Assembly (NCBI GenBank): GCA_030390025.1
Contig: CM059438.1
Span: forward strand, 57,538,001-57,602,000
DNA from: Squalus acanthias
Taxonomy: Eukaryota
Length of the DNA stretch: 64,000 nucleotides
Direction: 5' to 3'
The position numbers were made by a program, and so were the translations under genes. Under the pieces are notes generated by a model that searched no databases, was not told the DNA's origin, and was given only the letters and a program-made list of their open reading frames with translations. This document shows, one piece after another, positions 12,921 to 25,964 of this stretch; the first letter of the stretch is position 1; each line of letters starts with the position of its first letter.

Positions 12921-14572
12921 GGGCTTGATATTGCCATTGGGGTCGGGCTGGGGCGTGTCAGGTGGTTTTCGTGTCAGGACCCCAACTCCGATGTGAAGTG
13001 GGAAAAAAGTGCGATTTTCCCCTAATTGGGCACTTGATTTCCAGCATGTGGGAACCCCTGGCCCAATTAGTCTTTCCATCCTGAAAGTTGCCTCCGATGA
13101 TGTCATCAGTGCTGCTGGATTTAAGGCCTGCAAGCAGCCTTGCTTCTTCTGGAGACTGGAAACGCTTTGGACATTGTTTGAAGGAATTCATTTACCGACC
13201 ATGTCCACCAGCAAGCAAAAGTGTGCACCTCGCTTTGATGAGCCCTCCCTCCAAGCTCTGGTGCAGGGAGCAAGATCTAATAAGGAGGTGCTCTTCCCTT
13301 CCTCAGGGAGAAAAAAGCCACCACAACAAACTAAAGCTGTGTGGCTGCAAGTGGCCCAGGAGGTCAATGCCATCTCTATGTGCTGCTGAACCTGGCTGCA
13401 GTGCAGGAAGAGGTTTCATGACCTTCTCCGCACAGGAAAAGTGAGTATGACTTTCTCATCACCCTCAATCTCATCCCCATATCCTCTCCTCACCAGCACT
13501 CTGCTTTGCCAACCTCTTCCTCCACATCCCTGCACCCTTACCCATTCCCTCTCTCTCTATGGTCACATTCACTTAACTATTCGACCATGCAGCCCTCACA
13601 CTCCCTATCACTGTGACGCAATGACAACAACTTACAACACACAGGGAGGGCCATTTGTCTCCTTCTAAGCATCTATGCTATGGATTCTCTACACTCACTC
13701 CTTCATTCTCACTCAAACTCCACTTGTGTCCCTCATTGTGGTCAGAGTGACAGGAATCCGCAGGTTCTTGGCCATTGTCGATGGTCTGATAAGAAGATGC
13801 AAGGCAAAAGTGTTTGATTGTGCAGGCTAAGCAAATCTGGCCAAGATGAGTGCGTCCCTTGCATCCCGGGCAGCAATGTGGTCGCGCGCTGGTGCCTTCT
13901 GGCCTGTGCAGCTTCAGGTGGGTGAGCAGCAGCTTGGCGCTCCTGTTGTTGCTGCTACTGTTGGTGGTGTTGTTGTTCATGCTTCTGCTGCTGCCACGGC
14001 TGGTCTTCGTCCGAATCTGATGTCCAGGAGGAAAGGAAATAAATGGTTCCCATGCTTCTGGTATATGCCTCAGTTGAGGAAGCGCTCAGTCAAGGTGGCG
14101 AGAGGGGTTTCCCAGGAGGTCACACTGGAGATGGGTGTCAGGCTCAAAACTTCCACAACAATGGGTATGCCTGCTAAAATTTCCTCCAGACCTGAGACAA
14201 CAAAGTTCTGCCACCTGCAAATGATGATTGGTGAAAACTCCTTTTTAATGGTGGAGCTGCAGCTGTTAGTAAGCAGTCCACTTGTGAGGCTGCCAGGATT
14301 CACTGGCGTGTTCCAGAGGAGACGTGCAGGACGTGGGAAAAGTGGTAAAATCAGAAAGGCCTCTCAAAATGGGATTATCGAGGCACTTAACTGGTTGTTA
14401 AGGGCCTTAAGGGCCTATCCCGCCTCTTGGAGGTGGGATGGAAACGGGATCAGAAAACACGCATTTGGGAAAATTGCTCGGAGGCGGGATGGGGCCCGAC
14501 CGCCATTTTTTGCGATTTTACCACCTCACACGCCTCCAATCCCGCCTCCTCGGGCCTGGCAAAATCGAGCCC
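12921..14572. mobile_element. Harbinger H4, internally deleted (Myb exon 1 +, DDE N-terminus -)
   Basis: 15-bp TIRs GGGCTTGATATTGCC / GGCAAAATCGAGCCC (13/15); 3-bp TSD TAT; Myb from ATG 13201 (APRFDEPSLQALV). Confidence 0.9.
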
Positions 14573-14591
14573 TATACCTCTATTTATGAAG

Positions 14592-14830
14592 GTCATGATG
14601 TGGAGATGCCGGCGTTGGACTGGGGTGGACAAAAATGAGAAGTCGCACAACACCAGGTTATAGTCCAACAGATTTATTTAATTTTACAAGCTTTCGGAGC
14701 TGTCGCTCCTTCGTCAGGTAAGTTAGCAATGTTAGCAATAACTTACCTGACGAAGGAGCGACAGCTCCGAAAGCTTGTAAAATTAAATAAATCTGTTGGA
14801 CTATAACCTGGTGTTGTGCGACTTCTCATT
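14592..14830. mobile_element. Penelope-like hairpin insertion P2 with hammerhead motif on both arms
   Basis: ~90-bp perfect inverted arms; CTGACGA-aggagc-gaca-gctcc-GAAA-gctt at 14747-14775; 13-bp TSD TCTATTTATGAAG. Confidence 0.9.
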
Positions 14831-15804
14831 TCTATTTATGAAGCCCAGGATCCCGTAAGCCTTTTTAACTGCTTTCTCAACCTGCCTTGCCACCTTCAAC
14901 GATTAGTGCACACTTACCTCCAGGTCTCTATTCGTGCACCCCCTTCAGGATTGTACCCTTTAGTTTATATATCCTCTCCTCATTCTTTCTACCAAAATGT
15001 ATTACTTCACATTTTTCTACGTTAAATTTCATCTGCCACGTGTCCGCCCATTTCACCAGCCTGTTTATGTCTTCCTGAAGTCTATCACTCTCATCTTCAC
15101 TGTTCACTATACTTCCAAGTTTTGTGTCAACTGCAAATTTTAAAATTGTGCCCTGTACACCCAGGTCCAAGTCATTAATATATATCAAGAAAAGCAGTGG
15201 TCCTAGAACCGACCCCAAGGGAACACCACTGTGTACCTTTCTCCAGTCTGAAAAACAACCGTTCACCACTACTCTCTGTTTCCTGTCACTTAACCAATTC
15301 CTCATCCATGCTGCCACTGTCCCTTTTATTCCATGGTCTTCAACTTTGCTGGCACTTTGTCGAACGCCTTTTGGAAATCCATATACACTACGTCAACTGC
15401 ATTACCCTCGTCAACCCTCTCTGTTATCTCATCAAAGAACTCAATCAAGTTAGTTAAACACAATTTACCTTTAACAAATCCGTGCTGGCTTTCCTTACTT
15501 AATTCACACTTGTCCAAGTGACTGCTAATTTTGTCCCTGATGACTGTTTCTAAAAGCTTTCCCACTACCGAGGTTAAACTGACTGGCCTGTGTTGCTAGG
15601 TTTATCTTTACACCCTTTTTTGAACAATGGTGTAACATTTGCAATTCTCCAGTCCTCTGGCACCACCCCCCTATCTAAGGAGGATTGGAATATTATGGCC
15701 AGTACCTCCGCGATTTCCTCCTTCAATTCCCTCAGCATCCTAGGATGCATCCCATCCGCTCCTGGTGACTTATCTACTTTAAGTACAGCCAACCTTTCTC
15801 ACCT

Positions 15805-18216
15805 TGATCCTCAGAATCTGACCAAGATGAACCCCAACACCAGCAGCACCAGGCATACCAGCAGCACTAACAACAACACCAACCTTCTCTGCAATCACCT
15901 GATGCTGCACAGGACACGGCATCAGCACCTGAGCACATTGCTGCCCAGGAGGCCAGGGATGGCCTCATCATGGCCAGATTTACTTAACTTTACGCTGTAC
16001 ACCCATATGGCTGCCACATGATGCGCCAGGTTGGCATCACCCCACACCAACACCATAAAGCATCCCTACAATGACCAAGCCATTCCTTTCACACTCACCA
16101 CTATTGCTGGAGGTACCGTTATGTCTCATCATTCACTGCAACTCACTAAGCCACTTCTAAAGGTACACAAAAATCTGCCCAAGACTGGAAAGTGTTGAAA
16201 AAAAATTCTTATGTGTGACAGCCCACTAATGGAAACTTTATATAAATATTGGATAGAACACCCAGGTGGCTACCCTTGTGAATCTACTTGCAGGTCATCT
16301 TTCTCTTCCGTGTACATCTACGAGGTGCTACCCCTTTGGCTGCAGCAGAGGTAGAGGCAGCCTGCTCACTTCCCTGCTGCCAAGGTGCTGGAGAGCACCT
16401 TGCTGCACATCAGTGGGGCCATGAGGACCTACGTCTATGCTGACATCCCTCCTAGAGTGGAGGTCTATGAGCCTCTGCTATCTATTCTCCATAGATAGCC
16501 ATCTATTCTCCACAGAGACCATGTGCTCCTGTGAGTGGTGCATTAGCTGCTCCATGTAGGTGGCCATCCTATCCATGGAGGAGCCTACAGTTGCCATCGC
16601 CTGCGACACAGTGGTGCTCATGTTGGAGATGGATTCCTCAATTCTCTGAGCACTCGCAGTCACCGCGCTCGCAAACCTGTCAGAGCCTCCTGCACTACTT
16701 TCAGCACCTCCAGGATCGCCCTCTTTCTGGATGGCCCCAAGGCTCAGCGTCGGCATGCAGCTGAGCAGAGCTAGGAGTGTCCTGCGCCCTCCGGCAAGGA
16801 CTCTCCACTGCTGTCCGTCTCCACCATCTGCTCTTGCTCACTTGTGAGTTGTGAGACACCAGGTGACAACACTGCTCTGTATCTCGCGGGACCCACCCAG
16901 CTGTGCATATCTGCGCTGGTGCTGGGTGCGTTTATGTCTGGTGACGGTGAGCCCTCAGAGGCTGGCGGCTCCGCTGAAGAGTCTTCTTCCTCTTCCTCCT
17001 GGACAATGGGGGGGGGGGGGGGGCAGGAGGGGTGGTGTGGGGGCTCTTGATGGACCTGTGGAGAGTAAAGTGATGAGTTAGATATGTCATATGAAGAATG
17101 GGTACAGATACTATTATGCACATGATGACCATTCAATGGCTGCTGACATCAGTCCCCATATGAGTGACTGATGTATGCCATGTAGCTGTATGATATGTAA
17201 TTCTGTCACCAGGTTGCTGAGATGACCCCCTCTCTCCGTCTCCCACCTCCAGCTGCTCAGCGACTCCAGATATTTCTGAAACAGCCTCTCCTGCTGTTGT
17301 AAGGTTTGCAAATGATGGAGGGCCACCGCCGGTTCTCTCCTTCTCCCTCTTATTTTGGGCTCTCTTTTCCTGCAAGGAGGGAAAGAAGAGAAGGTTGAGT
17401 GAGTGTGATGGAATGAGTGTAAGGAATGGATGGGTTAGATCTTTAGAGGGAAACTATGATGGAGTGGGGTGCCAAAGCCAAATGGCCTCCTTGTGTGTTG
17501 TTAGTTGGTATGATTGCACTAGGATGAGGGTGAGTGTGAGGGGTGGTTAGTCAGATGGGGATGGAATAATGTAAATAGAGAGGGATGGGTGGACGTGCAA
17601 GGTATGTTGGTGTGAGTAAGGAGGATGTACAGGAGTAGGGTTGGGAAGGCAGAGTGATGGGGATGTGATGAGAGGCAGAGCAGGATGAAATTGAGTGTGG
17701 CTTTGCACTCACGTTTCCTGATCTAATGAGATAATTGAAACGTTTGCGGCACTGCACCCAGGTCCTCCTGATCACATCCCTGCTGTTGACCTCCTCTGCA
17801 ATCTCCAACCAGGCTGTTTCGGTCTCCTAGGGAGGTCTCTTCCGCCCATTGGAAGGGAAGAGGACCTCCCTGCGTGCTCTGACTCCCTCCACAGGCATAT
17901 GGAGAGAGTCGTCGGAGAACCTGGGTGCAGCCCTCTGGCTCTGTGCAGTCATTTCCAAAGTGTTTGCAGCACTCCAATGCTGACTGCACTATTTCAGATT
18001 AACCTTCAAATGTAATGTGGCCATGGCCCATTTAAATATCCCGGCTGAAAACGCGTCATGGATGACATCAGCAGACCCGCACCATTGCAGGGTGGGCTTA
18101 TTAGGCCCTATTGATGTAAAGTCGTTTTGTGCAGCGGCACGGAGCCAAAAACGGGATTGCGATCCGCCATGGCCACTGACCGCACCGGACCCACCCAGGT
18201 AGGGAAAATTCCGACC
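15805..18216 (-). mobile_element. Harbinger H5: multi-exon Myb/SANT gene (-), DDE remnant (+), left end lost
   Basis: WLEIAEEVNSRDVIRRTWVQCRKRFNYL, QEKRAQNKREKERTGGGPP and acidic/coiled-coil exons; right end AAAATTCCGACC. Confidence 0.8.
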
Positions 18217-20929
18217 TCATTGTCAGTAATTTTACTGTCCATTTATCATCAAGCAGAAACGTTTCACCGGACATTAAAGGTACTTTAATAATGTTAGTGC
18301 CACTCTGTGCATTCTGATATAAATGTGAGACAGCAGTAAATTATTAACATCTTATGACATTTAAAAAATTCAGTAAGTATTGGAGGATGAATTCAAGAGG
18401 ATAATTCTGCATATTTTGCTATTGCGTGCCAGTTATCCCACCAGTTGCCCTCAGGGGTGGTGGAGGGTTAAAATTGAGGCCTTTACTTCAACAACTTATT
18501 TCAGATTTGAAGAACAGTTAACAGGAATTATTAATATCCCTGGTGTCTATAGATCGGGCATGTGAAGTATGTGCCCAGCCCTCTGCATGTTCAAATTTCT
18601 AGGTCTTAATGTCCAAAATAAAAATTCGTGTAACAACATATTTCACAATAACATTTAAATTTATCCATTGAATTGTATTTTGTGTCTTTCAATTTTTTTT
18701 GTTGAAGCCTCAACCTCTTACAAAGCCTTACTAGCTGGGGGTGCGGGGGTCTTTACTTGGGGAATCACTGGGCATAAGTGTGCAGTAGCCCCTGGTGGAA
18801 AGAGGCTACAGCAGGTTCCAACAGCTGACATATCTCTGTCACAATCTCAGAGGAAAATGTAGCATGGGATATTGCCTGTAAGAAAAATCCAAATATGAGC
18901 TTTGTGGTTTGTAGATCCGGTGGCATGGATACCTGTGGATTGGTGCATAATGCTACACTCACCTGGCTTCCATTCTTTCACCTCCATGTCCCCATTGTCT
19001 TCCTCTTCAAAGAACAGGAACAATGGAATCCCCAGATGGAATTCTCTCATTTCATTATATACAGTTCATTTTAAACTCTCAGCAAGTTTCACAAAGTACC
19101 ATATACTGCAGTTTCTTAGTAGAAGTGAGCCTAGACAAAACTGTATGTTGCAGAATAGCACTCCTGTGTGGCTTCACCTCAATCTTTTCCTGCATGTGAA
19201 GTACCCTGATTTTCAGGGGCAGTGAATAGGTGGAAATGCAGGGAAATCACGGGGACACTTGGCTATGTCTTCCTGCTATATTTAAATGTGGTGAGCTCAC
19301 TTCCAGTGGGAAATGAAAATTGGCCGCAGTGTAAAACCCAATTTGCGTTACTGCCCATGATGAATTGCTACCCCAGAGAGATAAAAAGACATGAAAAAGA
19401 CAGAGGGAGAGAGAGTCGTTCCTCATTGTAATTTGAGCTATATTTTATTTAAAAAATGACTTGAATTTTGAAAGCAAAATGAAAGTCTCTAATTATCACC
19501 TGATTATCATATGTTTTGTTGATAGTTAGAAAATGAAATTATTCTATTTGCTAACATAAACACAATCTCAGAGAGAAACAGATGTAGCGAGAGAGATACA
19601 CTTCAAGGAACCAATCACAAAATACCAAATGTGATGTTTGCAAACATCCCTTAGAAACTTACAAACTAATGCCACCAGACCTGGGACGCCCTCGCCCCCG
19701 CAACATGAAATCAATACAAATGAAAATCGGGAGAAATGTATAACAGGCAGCTGAATCAATATTACCAATGTTATACTATCATCCAAAGCCAAAATTACCC
19801 CAATGACTTCTGTTTTCATAGCTGGGAAACTGGAGATAACAATAAAATCATCAGCAGACCTGAATCTCAGGTTTTCTGCCCCTTTTAAGACCAATCTCCA
19901 TGGCCACTAACAATGGAAAACATATTCAATTGCCACTAAAGGGTAGATTACTGTCCTTTAGAGTAATCCTTTTTAATGGGAGTTATGATCCATATTGCAT
20001 GTGTAAGGTAAGGCTTGCAATTGGGAAATCAAAGGGCTGCTTGGCCCTTCAACAAACTTTTCAACAAAAGTCCATTGTGGTAACTTTGGTAACGCAGAGC
20101 CTTGCCCTCTGGGAGCGCACTTTGGGAACGCAGAATTCTCCGTCTGTGTTTCTTTTGCTCTCTCACTTTCTCTCTATGCTTCTCTCTGTTAGTCTCTCCA
20201 TTTGTTTCTAGTGCGTTCTCCAGCAATCCCCAAACAATATCCTTTTCAAGTGGCACTGCATTCTGATCTCTTTCACAAGCAGTTCTGTTTATATATTGCG
20301 CCTTTTCTAATGTTTTATTAGCTCAAGAACAACTCAATAACTGACCTGAAAAACAGAATAGCCCGGATTTTGGGGTCAGCAGTGAAGGAACGGTGCTTGC
20401 TGTTCACTAAGCTGACAGCTGCCCACAGACTTTTCACAGACTTTTGAGTGGCGACTTGCTGTCATTGAGCATCTGATCCAGTGTGGCACTTACCTTTTCC
20501 CCAAAGCAGTCCTGGCCTCCCTTGAGTTGCCGGGTTTCCCGAGGCCTGGGAAACCTGGTTGGCCAGGGTTAAACAAGTAAAGCAGATTAAATGTGAGGAT
20601 CCCAGACTTATAATATTTAAATGGCCAACCCGCCTCCTGGGAGCAGGTTGGCAGCCCACCCCCTGTCCCGCCTCCAGGTGAGATCAGCGTCAAACACAGC
20701 TGTGATATTCTCACAGGAGTTGGTCTGCGAATATTTGCTGTGCGGGCATAATCACTAAGATTGGCTACTTGGTCGTAGTACCAGAAGATCATTACCATTT
20801 GTGGAAACTACTGCAGCACAGGTCAATACCTTCCAGAGAGAAGAGGAAAGTAAAGAAACCCAGAATTCATGACATTCAGAAGCAAACTGGCATTATCAGT
20901 TGGTTCATGGCCAGGTTTATCCAACTTAC

Positions 20930-20977
20930 CGTGATGTACAAAATGGCACAGCATCCGTGTCATAGGCATAAGGTGAA
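20930..20977 (-). CDS. Host-gene small exon, 48 nt (SPYAYDTDAVPFCTS)
   Basis: ttccctttgttttatcctgctttgaatag|TTCACC...CATCACG|gtaagt; symmetric phase 2, open frame. Confidence 0.6.
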
Positions 20978-21535
20978 CTATTCAAAGCAGGATAAAACAA
21001 AGGGAAAATACAATCATTATTTTTGTTGTTTTGTGGAAGTGTGTGTTTGTTTGTTCATGATTATTTTGTCTGCTTATCTGAGGTACACTGAGATGCGAGT
21101 GTATGAACACAACGACATTTCTGTTTGCTATTTTAATGGGGCATTAATTCATTTGAAATAAACTAGCTAACAGCTCCTTTAAAAGAGGATAAAGAATTTC
21201 ATACGCAAGTGTTAAGCATTTTGTAATTTAATACCTAACAAATGCTGCAGGACTGCATCCAAACTGCTAAAAATATATTTTCAATAACAGAGATTCAGGA
21301 GTTTCAGAAGTATGACGAGCAATCTTTGAATTTTTAAGTCTCCACTGTTCTATGACCGAATAGGCAACAATGCAAAATGAAAATAAAACATGCACTGTGC
21401 TGATATAAAGATTGCAGGGACCAAGAGCTGTATGTGGGAAACAAATGAAGTACTGAAGTGTGATTACTATGAACTAAGCACAACATAGTATAGTATTTGC
21501 ATTGGAGCAGAGAACATTAAGAGAAGATTGAAACC

Positions 21536-22187
21536 TGGATTTTAACTCCTGGTGGGAGTCGTGTGAGCAGGGGCTGAGGTGGACAGGCAACCGTCTGTGC
21601 CTCCGCAGTGTGAGGCCCGGGATATTTTAACTCCCGGGTCTCATCTGCATGGCCCACGCTCGTCTCCTGCCCTGAACCTGGTGGGAAGACCTCACTGGCC
21701 GGCATGCCGGAGTGGGACTACAGTTGGCAGGAGGCTGCCTTCGGGGACCCAACTGAATGATCACCAGCAGTCAAATAAATGGGTGTGGAGGGGCGGGAGT
21801 TAGGAGGACATAGCTTTTGGAGGAGGGAGAGGGAAACCCAGGGCAGGGGAGGATTAAGGTTTATTTGTTGGGATCAGAGGTACACCGCTACTCTTCCCGG
21901 CCAATAAGGAAATCAATTACTTATGTTTCTGGCCCTGCTCCCGTTTGCTGCAAGGTTGGCCTTGCGGAGCAGGTTCCCTGTGCTGGCTTCGGGTTAAAAT
22001 TGGAGTTGGGCCCTGAGGACGCCGTTGGGGGCCGATCTGCATATTTAAAGCAGGACCCCGCTGCCCCGCTTGCCTGCTCAAAATAGCAGCTTAAAATGAC
22101 ATCCCGCGGGAAAGTTGCAGGATTGCGGTGGGTAAGTCGCTGCAGCCATTTTCACTGCTAGTCCGGTTTCTGGGTTAAAATCAACCC
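21536..22187. mobile_element. Harbinger-type MITE
   Basis: GATTTTAAC / GTTAAAATC inverted ends; GC-rich and non-coding. Confidence 0.6.
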
Positions 22188-22199
22188 TTTAAGTTTCAT

Positions 22200-22535
22200 T
22201 TTAATTATGAAGAGTTTTGTTAGGGTGAATAGGGAAAGACTGCTTTGGTTAAGGGGTCAGTAGTGAGGGGTTGTGAATATAAAATTGTCATTAAGAGAGT
22301 GAGAAGAGAGGTTAGGAGGCATTTCTTTATGCAGAAGATTGTTGGAGCATGGAATGCTTTGCCACACGGGGAAGTTGGGACAAAGACCACTGCATCTTTA
22401 CAGGGATAAATGGATAAAGATTTGAAACAAAGGAAGGTACAGGGCTATGGTGAGAGATCAGGGCTGTGCGATTAGTTTTGGTTTGCTCCAGCAAAAAAAA
22501 GGCCTCATACTTTGCTGTAAATTTCTATGGTTCTA
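22200..22535 (+). mobile_element. Old CR1 3' end
   Basis: Degenerate RRHFFMQKIVGAWNALP peptide; tail TTTCTATGGTTCTA. Confidence 0.7.
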
Positions 22536-22911
22536 ATGGTATTGTGAGCGTCAAATAGTGGAAAGATTGTGAAACAATTGTGTTATAATCCTTTTAGTAT
22601 AAAACGAGTACATAACATTCTGTTGTTCTGTTGCAGTGATTGGGAAAAGACAGATTGTCGATCTTGTTGGGTGGTTTTACTCTTTGAAGAGCAAGCATCC
22701 TCTCTGTAATACTAGTTTATACCCAGGTCACATCAAATATCTGGAACTATTCAAAAAATAGCTCATCTTTTTAAAAAGGAAACAAAAACATGGAAGTGTT
22801 TAACATATTTTGATTATCAGTGATATATGTTTGGGGTATTGTCCCACGCTGTATAAAAGGCTTGTCTCTATGTGAAGCAAAGCCACCAGTACCAAAGTAT
22901 AACAATGATAA

Positions 22912-23025
22912 TAAAAACAGAAATGCTGGAAACACACAGCAGGTCAATCGGAATCAGTGAAGATGCTGAGTAACCACCTGTGCATTTCTAGCATTTTCTG
23001 TTTCTGTTTCAGATTTCCCCTGCAA
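22912..23025. mobile_element. Decayed hairpin, probably a second Penelope-like family
   Basis: AAAACAGAAATGCTGGAAA ... TTTCTAGCATTTTCTGTTT inverted arms with a one-sided extra tail. Confidence 0.5.
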
Positions 23026-23059
23026 CATTTTGCTATTTACTTATAACAATGGTGACATT

Positions 23060-23943
23060 GGGGGTGATTTTGCCAGCCCCGGGGAGGCGGGTGTGGAGGC
23101 GGGACTGCCAGGAAAATGGCAGAATTTGGGGGCGGGTGCCCAACCTGCCCCCAACCCGCCTCCATGCCATTTTCCTAGGAGGCGGGTAGCTGTCCCGCGC
23201 CGGGTCCCGTCTCCTTGGAGGTGGGAGGGATTAAAGCCTATTAACTGCCTGTTAACAGGTAGTTAACAGGCAGAAAATAGGATTATCCCCTTTTTGTCCT
23301 CACAAGTGCGGGCTTCCCAAAGGCTCCGAAACCCGCCAGGTCAGCGAGGCAAGTACTGGGTCTGCGGGGGTCGGGTGCAAAAGTGTGCTGTGAAGGTAAG
23401 TGATGGGTGCAAGAGTGGAGAGGTGAGTATCTGAGGTAAGTGCAAAGTGTTAGTAAAAGTGTACTTACCTTTGTTTCTTCCTGCAGGCTTCAGTCGGTGT
23501 GTATACGGAGAGTGTACACACTCCTACTCCTGCTCCTATTTCTTATGTTCTTATGAGTCTCGGACCTCCGTGTTGCAGATTACAGATGGCCGTTGCATTC
23601 TCAGATGCAACAACCATCTCATTTCTGTAAAAGAAAGAAGTTTGATGAGGTCTTGAATTCAAGACCTCATCAAACTACAGGGAATGTCACTGTTTGACAG
23701 CTTCACAGAGCTGTCAAACGATGACAATTCATCAGTCAAAAATTTTTGACAGATGAAACGTCATACGTTGACGTTCTCTGCAACCGGCTTTCCCTTAATT
23801 GGCCTGCTAAGCCCGCTGGGCGGGCTCAACAAGGTCAATCAAGGGAAATAGCGTGGGTTGGCCAGAAGTTGATGGAGGCGGGACTGAAACCCAACAAGTG
23901 GGAGTCCCGCCTCCAAAAGCTCCCCTTTGAGAAAATCACCCCC
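23060..23943. mobile_element. Harbinger-type MITE family M1, copy 1
   Basis: Perfect 12-bp TIR GGGGGTGATTTT / AAAATCACCCCC; colinear with the copy at 40273-41118. Confidence 0.88.
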
Positions 23944-24999
23944 ATAGTTTTTGAACAGAATTAACAGTAAACCTATATAAGTAACCGTCAAGTCAAATTG
24001 GAAAGATGGGAATTAGCTGGAAAGCACTATGATTACTCCAAAACTGGTTTAAGAGTGAGGTGAGAAAGTTGTTGCTGTTACACCAGGGCTTGAGAAACTG
24101 CAACGGAAATAAGACCAATCCCATGACAGTGTGCTGTGAGAATATTTTTCCATTTTAGAAGTCCTCTTAGTTGAAACTTTCCTTGCAGCCCTAAATGTAT
24201 CAAATTTTCTAAGAATCAACTCCATTCAGGGTGCAGCAGTGCACTGAATGTTGAAGTGTTAATATTCAGAGTTATGGAGTTCAAGATTTCATCTGCAACT
24301 TTGCTCAGGTCCTCATCTGAGCTGTGTCAAGCAGGGAAGCAATCAGCAGAAGGAAGGGGCATGACGCTGGATAATCAAGCCTTCTGCACAGTAACACAGT
24401 GGCTGGTCTAGCAGAAAGCTGTCAGCGGCAAAGACATTTGTCCAAACAGGAGCAATATACTTGTTAATATTTTTTTAAGCCAGACTGTTAACTGGAAACC
24501 ATCTTTTGATCAGTACCATATCTGGCTAGGCAATGGGCACAAGATATTCCTCCTGTTACAAGTGTAAAGCTCTTTTAGCTCTTAGAATTATGCCATCCTT
24601 GCTGATAGAGGATGAGCAAGAGTACTGTCCAGTCCATTCATACTTTCACAAAAACCACAGAATGAGGAGAAAAATCAGGAAGGCATAATAGAAGAGGATG
24701 CTCCATGGGAAAGGCAGATTATCTAAAAAAAAAATTCCTATAACAGAACTGGTGTAATTTTTAATTGAATAAAACCATGACTTGGTCTAATTCCTCCAGC
24801 TCTATATATAAATCCTCTATCTCTTCCCTTACCCATTCACCCCATGTTCCACCCTCCCTGCACCCCACACCATTCCTCTCCCCTCACACTTCTTCCTCAT
24901 TTTCTCATTGCTGTTGCCTCCCTACCCCTCACCCTTCTTTTCCTTATCCCCTTCCCTCTTTAACTGCCCACCTTTAGCTCCTGGCCTCACAGCCTTTTT

Positions 25000-25830
25000 T
25001 AAAATTCATTCACTGGATGTGAGCATTGCTGGCATGCCCAGCATTTATTGTACTTCCCTAATTGCCCTTGATGAAGGTGGTGGTGAGCCGCCTTCTTGAA
25101 CTGCTGCAGTCCCTGTGGTGAAGGTACTCCTACAGTGCTGTTAGGTCAGGAGTTCTAGGATTTTGACCCAGCGACGATGAATGAACGGCGATATATTTCC
25201 AAGTCAGGATGGTGTATGACTTGGAGGGGAACTTGGAGGTGGTGGTATTCCTATGCACCTACTGCCCTTGTCCTTCTAGGTGGTAGGGGTCGCAGGTTTG
25301 GGAGGTGCTGCAGTGCATCTTGTAGATGGTACACACTGCAGCCACGGTGCGCCAATGGCGGAGGGAGTGAAAGTTTAAAATGGTGGATGGGGTGCCAATC
25401 AAGCGGGCTGCTTTGTCCTGGATGATGTTGAGCTTCTTGACTGTTGTTGGAGCTGCACTCATCCAGGCAAGTGGAGAGTATTCCATCACACTCTTGACTT
25501 GTGTCTTGTAGATGGTGGAAAGGCTTTGGGGAGTCACTCGCCGCAGAGTACCCAGCCTCTGACCTGCTCTTGTAACCACAGTATTTATGTCTCTAGTCCA
25601 GTTAAGTTTCTGGTCAATGGTGAGCAACAGGATGTTGCTAGTGAGGGATTCGGCGATGATAATGCTGTTGAATGTCAAGGGGGGGTGGTTAAACACACTC
25701 TTGTTGGCGATGGTCATTGCCTGGCACTTGTATGGCGTAAATGTTGCTTGCCACTTATCAGCCCAAGCCTGAATGTTGTTCAGTTCTTGCTGCATGCGGG
25801 CACGGACTGCTTCATTATCTGAGGAATTGT
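25000..25830 (-). mobile_element. CR1-group LINE family B, 3' portion
   Basis: ORF 25259-25795 (QAWADKWQ.TF.P.KCQ) and the family B tail. Confidence 0.88.
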
Positions 25831-25964
25831 GGAGATTCCCAGCACTAAGCAGTTTGGATTTTTTTAAGTACTTATTGTGTTATAAATACAGCATAGCACA
25901 ATAAGTGCTTTTAAAATGATTTGCCAGTTTCCCAACTTAGTGCTGGGAGCAAGACCTGGATAAT

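Larger units (their letters stand above)
12880..15800 (-). mobile_element. CR1 LINE ORF2 fragment interrupted by H4 and P2
   Basis: KSPGADGMHPR, SQHGFVKGK, YMDFQKAFDKV, GSVLGPLLFLIYINDL; the CR1 sequence rejoins across both insertions. Confidence 0.88.

Noticed and set aside
13846..14589. 247-aa ORF
   Set aside because: Antisense to the Harbinger DDE remnant and runs through the TIR; no domain features
24644..24722. Candidate minus-strand exon with a transmembrane-like peptide (WSILFYYAFLIFLLILWFL)
   Set aside because: 79 nt, not symmetric, with an immediate stop in the host phase; hydrophobicity is explained by the T-rich strand
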